A stretch of DNA of 63,361 nucleotides, counting the filler, from Basidiobolus ranarum (taxonomy: Eukaryota): the NCBI GenBank assembly GCA_040143965.1. It is 36 parts of 36 records of this genome, joined end to end, with 100 filler letters (N's around TTAATTAATTAA, not from the genome) between each part and the next. Parts side by side here need not be neighbours in the genome. Positions count along the whole stretch, not along the records: positions 51,184 to 52,840 come from JASJQH010011492.1; positions 52,941 to 54,596 come from JASJQH010011493.1; positions 54,697 to 56,351 come from JASJQH010011494.1; positions 56,452 to 58,105 come from JASJQH010011495.1; positions 58,206 to 59,858 come from JASJQH010011496.1; positions 59,959 to 61,610 come from JASJQH010011497.1; 30 more parts are not named here. One strand, 5' to 3'. Below are positions 51,184-61,710 of this stretch, piece by piece. Within the stretch, counting starts at the first letter, position 1, and the number at the start of each line of letters is the position of its first letter. Both the position numbers and the translations under genes were made by a program. Under the pieces are notes generated by a model, which worked only from the letters and a program-made list of their open reading frames with translations, ran no database searches and was not told the DNA's origin.

Positions 51184-51799
51184 ACAAGGACATACAAATA
51201 TAGTCAAAGTGCTTAAGCAGTACTTTCAAAAGTATGAAAGGAAAAATGCTGTGCAAGTATGCAGAAAGTGGCTTCAGAAGAAGAACATTCAACTTGACAT
51301 TCAGTCTGGTGTTGACTGTACAGATATCTGGGAAGAACTTAATACAGAGTGGCACAATCTTGCAGGGTAACCACCAGATAGCTGGAAGAATGTTGATTCA
51401 ACAATGTTAATACAAAGGTGGGCTTTAATGGAGATATTAACACAAACTTGTGTTGGGTATGAGCTAAACCTTGGGTATGAAGAACTCTATAAAAATATTC
51501 AGGAGAATATATCAAAGACACTAGGGATTTCAAAGGTGACAAATTAGCATTCAAGTGGTAATTGTGTGAAATTTGAGTTACATTTTTTGCACATGTGTTG
51601 ACCCATAATTCTCTGAGATTGTAGCCAATCATGTGCAACTATTTTGTGATATCTTGAAATATCACTCCTGAAACTGTAAAAATTGATTAAAATCAAAACT
51701 AATGTGATGATTTTATGACAATAAATAAATGGGCAATCCCACATGGATTAAAATTGTAATGGTTTTCCTAATATAACAATCCTCATATTTCTGTTAGGG
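51184..51799 (+). mobile_element. CACTA ORF2 3' end and end A
   Basis: ...WEELNTEWHN...KVTN*; terminus ATTTCTGTTAGGG. Confidence 0.85.
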
Positions 51800-51984
51800 T
51801 TAAGGTGAAAGTTAGAAATTCCCTTTTTAATATATGATTGGTAGTTTGACATATACCATTGCAGTAGCATGGCTTGGTATTACATATTTTGTGAGAGTTG
51901 TGTGCCAATATCCTCAAAATTATAGATCTGATCAGATGATAGTAGTTTAGTGAATTTTCAGATTTTTGAAAGGTACTCTGTATC

Positions 51985-52362
51985 TGTCATGCTTCTGATT
52001 TTGGCATGCTCATCCACTGCAAATAGAGTATGTGTATTATTAGATTATGACATCATACCAGCTGTGCCAGCTTTTCTCCACAATGTTGTGCTAGTGCAAC
52101 CATGTTGCCTTTTATGGAAGTCATGTTTATGGAATATTCCATGAAACCTAAACAATCATATCATTGCACAAATAGTATATTTCCACTAAGACCTTCCATG
52201 GAAGGCCAACTGATCATCCTTACATCATTCCCCTTTGTATTGGTCCTTGTAGTCCTTAATGCCCCAACACTTGAACTTGCCACAATATAATTCCTACTCA
52301 GTATATTCTATTTCATTCTTTAATATTTATACAAGCTCCTTGTTTTCCTTGATCAGACCTCA
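51985..52362 (-). repeat. LTR family E, interrupted by a CACTA end
   Basis: Inverted copy of 15929-16268; TGTCA boundary. Confidence 0.7.
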
Positions 52363-52840
52363 CCCTAACAGAAATTTGAGGATTGTTATTGTAGGAAAAC
52401 TGTCACAATTTTAATCCATTTGGGGTTGACCATTTACTTACCATCATAAAATTGTCAAGTTAGATTTGATTTTAATCAATTTTTTCAGTTTCAGGAGTGA
52501 AATTTTAAGATCTCACAAAATAGTTGCAAATGATTGGCTAAAATCTCAGAGAACTATGGATCAACACATGTGCAAAAAACATAACTCAAATTTTACACAA
52601 TTACCACTTGAATGCTAATTTGTCACCTTTGAAGTCCCTAGTCTCTTTGATATATTCTCCTGAAAATTTTTATAGAGTTCTTCATACCCAAGGTTTAGCT
52701 CATACCCAACACAAGTTTGTATCAATATTTCCATCAAAGCCCACCATTGTATTAACATTGCTGAATCAACATTCTTCCAGCTATCTGGCAGATACCCTGC
52801 AATATTGTGCCACTCTGTATTAAGTTCTTCCCAGATATCT
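52363..52840 (-). mobile_element. CACTA end A plus ORF2 3' end
   Basis: CCCTAACAGAAATTTGAGG. Confidence 0.88.
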
Positions 52841-52940
52841 NNNNNNNNNNNNNNNNNNNNNNNNNNNNNNNNNNNNNNNNNNNNTTAATTAATTAANNNN
52901 NNNNNNNNNNNNNNNNNNNNNNNNNNNNNNNNNNNNNNNN

Positions 52941-53129
52941 CTCTGAGATTTTAGCCAATCATTTGCAACTATTTTGCAAGATCTTGAAATTTCACTCCTG
53001 AAACTGAAAAAATTGATTAAAATCAAATATAACTTGATGATTTTATGATGGTAAGTAAACAGTCAATCCCAAACGGATTAAAATTGTGATGGTTTTCCTA
53101 CAAAAACAATCCTCAAATTTCTGTTAGGG
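52941..53129 (+). mobile_element. CACTA end A
   Basis: Ends AAATTTCTGTTAGGG; followed by family B LTR remnants (about 53140-53660). Confidence 0.85.
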
Positions 53130-53669
53130 TGAGGGACAGTGTTGAAAGTAGCACTGCCTAAATATCTATATAGTTATTTATAGTTTAATACTTGATTACC
53201 TTATATTTCACTTACATACTACCCATTATTCTGAATTGGAATGTAGTTTGAATTTTTTACCAGCTTATAAATTGCTAGCTATATCAATTCTTAAAATATG
53301 TGCTAAAGCCCCAAACCTGGCACAAATGCTCCTGGTACCTTACCTAACAAATTCTACATGTTTGTTTGCTTGCATCTTGACAAAACTATAGACAACAAGT
53401 TTCTACTCAATAAGTTAATAAGTGAAAACCACTAATTTCTCTAATTCTCCAAACCACTTCCAACAGCCTCCCAAATACTTTATCAATATATAGCTTGGTA
53501 CTCAGTTATCTAATATTTTATCATGACTTAATCATTATTCTCAATTGGAATTTATTTGTAATACTTTAATTAACTTAGAAGTTCTCAGATATGTAGACCT
53601 TACAAACTTGTTTCAGAAGTCCCAAACTTTTGTACACATGTGCCTGGAACCTTTATTTGCATTTTGTCT

Positions 53670-54596
53670 CTCTATCAGAAACTTGAGGAATGTTATTGTA
53701 GGAAAACTGTCACAATTTTAATCCATTTGTGATTGACCATTTACTTACTATCATAAAATTGTCAAGTTAGATTTGATTTTAATCAATTTTTTCAGTTTCA
53801 GGAGGTAAATTGCAAGATCTCACAAAATAGTTGCACATGATTAGCTACTATCTCAGCAAACTATGTATCTACGCATGTGCAAAAAATGCAACTCAAATTT
53901 TACAAATTTACCACTTGAATGCTGATTTGTCACCTTCAAAGTTCCTAGTTTCTTTAGTATATTCTCCTGATTATTTCTATGGAGTTCTTCATGCCCTAGG
54001 CTTAGCTCATGTCCAACATGAGTTTTTATCAATATCTCCATCAAAGCCCACCATTGTATCAATGTTGCAAAATCAACATTCTTCTATCTATTTAGTGGAC
54101 ACCCTGCAATATTGTGCCACTCTGTATTAAGTTCTTCCCAGATATCTGCACAGTCAGTACCAGACTGAATGTCAAGTTGAATGTTCTTCTTCTGGAGCCA
54201 CTTTCTGCATACTTGAACTGCATTTTTCCCTTCATACTTTTGAAAATACTCCTCAAGTACTTTTACTATTCTCATATGTTCTTGCAGTGTGACACTACTG
54301 AAGGTTCTTTGTGGTCTTTGTGAGGCTTTTTGCTTGCCTTGAAGTTTGAGGCAAATTTCAACACTTTGAAAAGTACCAGTTGGGGTTGGAGAGCCATGAG
54401 TTTTATTTGCTGATGTTTTGGCTTGTTGAGAGGTGCCAGGTGTTGGATAAACTTCCAAATTTAGCACTCTTCCAACTGGTGTACCTGGTTCCATGGTGAT
54501 ATTAAGCTTTTTTGCCAGTATATCTGACTTGGAAATGCAGATCTTCATAATGGTGTGAAGTACTTGGTAAGTGGGACAGTAGAGCCTAAGCTCACT
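53670..54596 (-). mobile_element. CACTA end A (degenerate) and ORF2 3' half
   Basis: SDILAKKL...IVKVLEEYFQKYEGKNAVQVCRKWLQKKNIQLDIQSG..ADIWEELNTEWHNIAG. Confidence 0.85.
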
Positions 54597-54696
54597 NNNN
54601 NNNNNNNNNNNNNNNNNNNNNNNNNNNNNNNNNNNNNNNNTTAATTAATTAANNNNNNNNNNNNNNNNNNNNNNNNNNNNNNNNNNNNNNNNNNNN

Positions 54697-56270
54697 TCTG
54701 AATCTTTTTATTAATTATTGATAGGGCAGAAACAAATAGATGATCCCTATCAGTGCTTACTTGATTTGCTTGTTCCAATTTTAGCTTTTTGGCAAAAATC
54801 CTTTTTCTGCTATCTTTGATAATAAGGCCTGGTGTCTTGCAATACTTGCAGATGATTGATTTCCTATTAGGGGCATCATTGTTGAAGCTTGTTGGATGTT
54901 TTACAGCTCCAAAAAATGCCTGTTCTGCATTATTTTGCTGTGAATTAGCTCTCCTTATTCCTCATTCAAAAGCCTAGCACCAACATAGTCTGTTGTTAAT
55001 GGCTCTGAACTTGATTCTAGGGCAATTATGAGTTGCCCAAACTTGTCTGGCAGGCCCCTAAGTAGTGTCATGAATAAGTCATATTTTTCAGAGGTGCTCC
55101 AATGGATGAGAGCTGATCTGCCATGGTTTTTATCTGATTTATATGAATAGGCATAGAATCACCAGATTTCTTCTGAATTGAGAATAATTTTCACCTAAGA
55201 TATAGCCTTTTAGCCAGAACTCTAGTCCCATATAGTCCCTCAAATGTTACCCAAGCATTTAGGACTTTTTGGATGATTGTATGTGCCTCAATTGAGAGTC
55301 TTTGAGATGTAGACAAAGGCAAGAGAATGCTTTCCTCTGGTTCTTTTTAAAGGCAAGGATAGCTTCTGGTGTCCTGCTGGTGCTATATCTTCTCCTGTAA
55401 CAAATCCCCAATGGTCTTTGTCTTATAGCATCATTTTCATCTTGAACTTACAGAGGTGAAAGTCTTCACCATCAAGCTTCTGTGTGGATGCAAAACCATT
55501 GGTAATAGTACTGGTAGACATTGCTTTGACAGCCAGCTTAGGGCTCATAACCCAATAAAAGTGGTGAGGCAACTTGGAAGTGTTTTGGCCATGATGTAGA
55601 TTTGTGAGTTGGACAATGAACTTTTATTGGGTTGAATATAACCTTTTTATAGTTTACTATGAAATAAGACTATTACATGTGCTTAGATCAAAACAAACAT
55701 TCCTATTAAGCATGGGTGAAAGTTTGAGGTGATTTGAGGAGATTTCGAGAAAATAGTGAAAATTGGGAAAAGTGATCAAATTGATGTTTCTATTAATTTC
55801 AGCAGTAAACAGATGCTTTAGAAGGGCACAATTGAGGGCTAAATGATGAGAGTAGGAGTAAACTTATTAGCAAATAATGAGCTGCTATTTATCCAATTTC
55901 ACCTTTCTCACTGACCTAATTATTTTGTATTTCTCTTTAGCCTAACTTCAATCTAGTGGACTCAAATTATGCTTTAGCACAATGTTTTATTACAATGTCA
56001 GCAATCATTTCTTCAGTCAGGCAATAGACAAGTTCAATTATATCATTCTCTATTACTTATCTAACAAAATGATGCCTGATATCTATGTGTTTTGTTCTAG
56101 CTTCAAATGTAGGGTTAGGGCTAATGAAATACACCTTTATTGTCTTCAAATACAATAATAGCACATTTTTGCATGTAATCTAAGTCCCTTAATAATTTGC
56201 TGAACTACATAGCTTCTTGTGTAGTAGCAGAGGCCGCCATATACTCTGCTTCAGTGGGTGAAAGTGCTAT
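54697..56270 (-). mobile_element. Copia family A junction: RNase H end, PPT, LTR (about 55553-55903), PBS (55541-55552), gag
   Basis: One LTR has pol end plus PPT on one side and PBS plus gag on the other, all in the same orientation. Confidence 0.82.
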
Positions 56271-56452
56271 CATCAGGGTTTCTTCCCGAGTATTCATCAC
56301 TGTATTCTTCATAATATTCTGCCTGAGGAGTGAAAGAGTATACCAGAAATANNNNNNNNNNNNNNNNNNNNNNNNNNNNNNNNNNNNNNNNNNNNTTAAT
56401 TAATTAANNNNNNNNNNNNNNNNNNNNNNNNNNNNNNNNNNNNNNNNNNNNA

Positions 56453-57929
56453 ACACCAGCAGGAATAGAGGACTTAAATGCTAAGCAGTCTGGCAATCCA
56501 CTATCCATGTTGGAAGGCATTAACATTCTGGAAACTAACTCAAGTACTCATGAAGCATTAATCATTTTACCAGATGTGTTCCTTTCCAGCAATAGTGCAA
56601 GTGAAGAGATTGTAATCCCCCAATTACGTAGTAAATTAATAGTTGAGCAAAGTTCAACCAAAACACTGTCAAGACCATCAACTTCCAAAATGGCTACTTT
56701 GCCCACTATTGAACAACCCTCTGTAGAAAATTTGGATTGAATTGTTACAATAAGGGAATCACAGACAGAACACCATAATGATTTGTATGCAATCATAAGT
56801 AAAAACTATGAAGTTGCTATACAGGCCATGACAAGCAATAATGCCACAATATTGGATTTAATGCAGCATTTGAAAGCAACTAATCAACAGTTAGAGAGTC
56901 ACCCAACAATGATACAAGACCTTCAGAATGCTGTACTTGAGCTACAGCAGCATCCCGCTCCCTCCATCCATTCTCATATGGGATTTCAATCAATCCCACA
57001 TCATATGTATGAATGTCACCATGACAATCTAGCAGAGCAGAATATGTGTTGGACCATCAAGCCTACACAACAACCCAAAATTGCTTGGGTACATGAAAGT
57101 AGAAATCTCATAGGAAAACCTGCAAACCAAAAGACTCTGAATGTCAGAGCTGCCATCACTTACTCTGATGATGAGTGGTTTAACATTTTGGAAACTGTGT
57201 GGAATCTTGCCCAAAATTACCTGGATTTGAACCAATTGTGGAAAAACAAAAAACCAGGCATTACTCTGAAGGTTGTTGACTTATTTCATGTCACTCATAT
57301 TGGGTTTTTGCAAGCAAATGGCAATTGGGCTAGTATATGCCTATTTGTGAAACATCTCAAAAATGTACGCAATTATTGACTTGGAAAAGAAAGAAAAGCA
57401 GCTGAAGAAGTACTCAAGGAGCAGAAAGTTAGTAAACCCAAGGGCAAAGCAAAGGAGCCAGTGAGTTTAGGCTCTACTGTCTCACTTACCAAATTCATCA
57501 CACCATTACAAAGATCTGCATTTCCAGAGTCAGATATACTGGCAAAAAAGCTTTATTTCACCTTGGAACCAGCTACACCAGTTGGAAGAGTGCTAAATTC
57601 AAAAGTTTATCCAATACCTGGCACCTCTCAACAAGCCAAAACACCAGTAAATAAAACTTACAGCTCTCCACCCTCAACTGGTACTTTTCAAAGTGTTCAA
57701 ATTAGCCCCAAACTTAAAGGCATGCAAAAAGCCACACAATCACTGCAAAGCACCCTCAGTAGCAACATACTACAAGGATGTATGAAAATAGTAAAAGTGC
57801 TTGAGGAGTATTTTCAAAATTATGAAGGGAAAAATGCAGTGCAAGTATGCAGAAAGTGGCTTCAGAGGAAGAACATTCAACTTGACATTCAGTCTGGTGT
57901 TGACCATGCAGATATCTGGGAAGAACTTA
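56453..57929 (+). pseudogene. CACTA-like element ORF2 (unrecognised protein), one frame with two in-frame TGA stops
   Basis: ORF-track entries 56507, 56783 and 57461 share one frame, separated only by TGA at 56738-56740 and 57377-57379. Confidence 0.8.
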
Positions 57930-58105
57930 CCCTAACAGAAATTTGAGGATTGTTATCGTAGGAAAACCATCACAATTTTAATCCATTTGGGATAGACCGT
58001 TTACTTACTGTCATAAAATCGTCAAGTTAGATTTGATTTTAATCAATTTTTTCAGTTTCAGGAGTGAAATTTCAAGATCTCGCAAAATAGTTGCGAATGA
58101 TTGGC
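57930..58105 (-). mobile_element. Young CACTA end A (CpGs retained) nested in ORF2
   Basis: CCCTAACAGAAAT; retains ATCGTA, GACCGT, ATCGTC, CTCGCA and TTGCGA. Confidence 0.88.
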
Positions 58106-58205
58106 NNNNNNNNNNNNNNNNNNNNNNNNNNNNNNNNNNNNNNNNNNNNTTAATTAATTAANNNNNNNNNNNNNNNNNNNNNNNNNNNNNNNNNNNNNNN
58201 NNNNN

Positions 58206-59736
58206 TAAGCCCAATATTGGTAATCTAACTTTTGATCATGTGACATTGATCTTGCCATCTCCACTATGGTCCTATAAGCATGGTCTGCAACTCCATTTAG
58301 CTGTGGAGTATCAGGTAGAGAAATCTATTGCTTAATTCACATTAGAACAAAAGCTAGTAAAGTCTTTAGGGCAGTATTCTCCACCATTATCACTCCTTGG
58401 TACCTATATAATTTGTGCTGATTCTTGCTCTACCATTGCGTTGTAAAGCTTGAATGTAGCTAAGGCTTCTGATTTTCATTTGAGAAAGAATACCCAAGTA
58501 TATCTTGTAAGTACCTTTTAAAACCTAGTAAGACAGTTTTCATGTGCCCACATAGATCAGAGTGAATCAGGGCAAAATTCTAAGTGAATTTAGTCTTTCC
58601 AGAGCTTGAATATGGTAGTATGTGCTGTTTTCCTTAAATGCAACATTCACACAGATTCAATTTTGAGATTTTTCAGTTTCTAAGTGTGAAACAGGCTGAT
58701 TTCAGATTGTTTGGGTCAGGTGTTGTTCCTAAATGTGGCCTAATCTTCTATGCCACATATGGCAGCTTAATTTACCACTTTTGGCCATGTTTGCATGCTC
58801 AGAATGCAATTTGTTTATTTCTAGCCTTTATAAGTCTTGAAGTTTGATTCCAGTAGCTTACTTAGTATTATTGTGATCTGTGATAGTGCATCTAGCCTTG
58901 CTGAACATGAACTTTAGTCCTTGAGTTTTTGCTTGGCTTACTGAGAGTAGATTGCTGGCTATATTTGGTACATAGAGTACATGATCCAATTTTGCAGATG
59001 GTATAGCTGAGCAATGGTCAAAATTGAGCACAACTATGCTCTTACCAACTGCGTCTAGCGCATAGTCAGCACCTAAGTATACTTTCCATGTTGGGATGGG
59101 TTTTAGAGCTGGGAAACCAATCTTTCTTGTTTGACATATGCTGCAAAGCTCCCAAATCAATGTACCATGTTTCAGAGTCTTATTTAGTGTTTACTGACAG
59201 GGCAGATCTAAATAGATGATCCCTACCAGTGCTTACTTGATTTGCTTGTTCCTATTTTTACTTTTTGGCAAAAATCCTTTTTCTTCAATCTTTGATTATA
59301 TGACCTGGTTTCTAGCAATACTTGCAGATGATTGATTTCCTATTGGAAGCACCATTGTTGAAGCCTGTTGGATGCTGTACAGATCCAAAAAATGCCTGTA
59401 CAGCATCAATTTGCTGAGAATTAGATTTCCTTTATTCCTCATTCAAAAGCCTAGCACCAACATGTTCCATTGTTAATGGCTCTGATTTTGATTCTATGGC
59501 AATTGTGGGGTTCCCAAACCTATCTTGCAGGCTCCCAAATAGTGTCATGACTAAGGCATCTTTATTTAGAGGTGCTCTAATGGATAAGAGCTGATCTGCC
59601 ATGGTTTTAATCAACTTAAATGATTAAGCATAAAGTCATCAGAAATCATCTGAATCAAGAATAATTGTTGCCTAAGATATAGCCTATTATCCAGACCTTT
59701 AGTCTCATATATTCCCTTAAGTGTTTCCAAAGCATT
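58206..59736 (-). mobile_element. Copia family A gag-protease-integrase remnant
   Basis: VLYVPNIASNLLSVSQ; DNGGEY near 58380; MTLFGSLQDRF. Confidence 0.88.
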
Positions 59737-59858
59737 AGACTTGTTCAATTTTATTGAGCCAGATCAGGCCAGCTAAAAAGTGTGCCAGCACAAATTGGCA
59801 TGATTGGGCACTATCCAGCACGATGTTATTTACCATTTTGGAAACAGTTTATTTTACT
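59737..59858. mobile_element. Second PIF/Harbinger-like MITE relative (truncated by contig end)
   Basis: ATT|AGACTTGTTC; internal similarity to the reverse complement of 25810-25990. Confidence 0.55.
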
Positions 59859-59958
59859 NNNNNNNNNNNNNNNNNNNNNNNNNNNNNNNNNNNNNNNNNN
59901 NNTTAATTAATTAANNNNNNNNNNNNNNNNNNNNNNNNNNNNNNNNNNNNNNNNNNNN

Positions 59959-61197
59959 ACTTCAGGTTGAAAAGAACAAAGTGCCTTTAACACAATTTGT
60001 CTTAATGATGAAAGGCAAATTGCTAATTCAATGTTGAAGAGCTAAAACTGCCAAGAAGGTATGGAAAGCCTTGGAAGACATCTACTAAACAAGTTCTGCT
60101 GCCAACAGGATGTTTCTAAGAAGATAAATCTTTAACTTAAAGATGAAGTCAGAAGAAGACATTAAATCACTGATTAATAAAGTCACTATTTTGGTGGATG
60201 AAATCAAAGTATTGGAGTGCCTACCTCTGATCAAGATATTATTGGGAAAATATGGGCTGTTTGGAGGAACTTGAGAAAAGTACAGTTGTGAATAGCTTTG
60301 TGAGATACTTATTTAATGTCCAGAAATAAAGCATTTATACATTTTTGTGGAAATACAGAAAACTAACACTGAGGTTGTGTTCAGAACATCTGTGGGAGTA
60401 AAATGAGCTATCTTTGGGGCAATTTGGATGAGCTTGAAATTTCCAATATGGAATTGCTAATTCTCACATTATTCACATATAAATATAATATATGTTCTGA
60501 TTTTCAGCTAAGTGTTATTTGACCATGTAATGTTACCTAACTTATATGTGATATATGAAATAGTTACATGTATAAAGATAGAGATAACATATATCATAAA
60601 GACAATAAACTTTAACAGATATCATAGTTACAGTCCTGAATAGCCTGCCTCACAGGTTTCAGTGCCTAGTGATGGCTCTAGAATCAAGAACTCAAAATTT
60701 GACTTTCAACTATGTATTTGGCAAACTTCTAGATGAAGATTTATGCAAATCTGGATCCAACCAAAAGAATGAAGAAAATGCTTATATAGGCTATGGGAAA
60801 CCTTTCTACAAAGGTCAAAAGCACTTCAAGAACAAAAGTAACACATTCTGTATTTACTGCAAAAGAACTGGCCATTTAAGCAAAGATTGTGTTAAAAGAA
60901 TTGCAAAAGAAGAAAAATGTACTGAATCTGGAAATTAGGTTACAACACAAGATCACTTTTTCATTCCTGCTCTATCTATGACTACCAGCAAGTATTCTCA
61001 GACATGGTATATTGATTATGGAGTTTCCCTATATTTCACAAATCAAGAGCATTAGTTTGTGGATTATGAAGAAATCCCAATTAGAACAGTTTTTATAATA
61101 GGTAACTGCACATTGGATGCAATTGGAATGGGAACAATTCAAGTAAATTTAACTGGAACTTCTGAAGAAAAAGTATATACTTTCAAGGATGTACTAC
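59959..61197 (+). mobile_element. Copia family B gag-protease remnant
   Basis: CCHC knuckle CIYCKRTGHLSKDC; WYID protease motif. Confidence 0.88.
60240..60617 (-). repeat. Copia family C solo LTR (378 bp) with 5-bp TSD GATAT
   Basis: GATAT at 60235-60239 and 60618-60622; ends TG...TA in element orientation. Confidence 0.92.
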
Positions 61198-61610
61198 CCC
61201 TAACAAGAATAAAATTGATTTGATCCCGATTGGATCCACCCTCTGAAATAGCAAAACCATCAGAGAACCATCACAATATTGCTGGCTTGCTTTCTGCCAT
61301 GGATTTTGATGGTGTGTTGGTGGTTTCTTGACTGTATCTTAACGGTATTCATACTTGTTAAAATATTGATCCTCAAATTTGGCATGCATTATTCAATATC
61401 CAGCCATTTTTGCAAAAATATAATTTTCAAATGGTAAATTACTGGGTTTACTGCTGTAGGAATTCAAATTAATATGCATGCCATTATTTAGATATTTTTG
61501 GCTTTGTATTCCAGCCATAATGAGAATCAAAAAATACAAGAATCTTGTTGTGTTTAGTCTCTACATATGCACATATTTGACTGATTAGACATAACTCAAC
61601 AACATCAATA
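61198..61610 (+). mobile_element. CACTA end B inserted in Copia protease region
   Basis: CCCTAACAAGAAT begins where Copia KDVLH is cut (uninterrupted in the paralog near 62900). Confidence 0.85.
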
Positions 61611-61710
61611 NNNNNNNNNNNNNNNNNNNNNNNNNNNNNNNNNNNNNNNNNNNNTTAATTAATTAANNNNNNNNNNNNNNNNNNNNNNNNNNNNNNNNNN
61701 NNNNNNNNNN

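Noticed and set aside
57461..57527. GTGAGT...TTTCCAG intron-like segment in ORF2
   Set aside because: The frame reads through unspliced; removing these 67 nt would frameshift into a stop
1673..61710. TTAATTAATTAA repeat recurring every ~1.76 kb, resembling an array
   Set aside because: It is embedded in N runs and is a standard six-frame-stop linker. The periodicity comes from length-sorted contigs. ORFs ending in X...LIN are artefacts.
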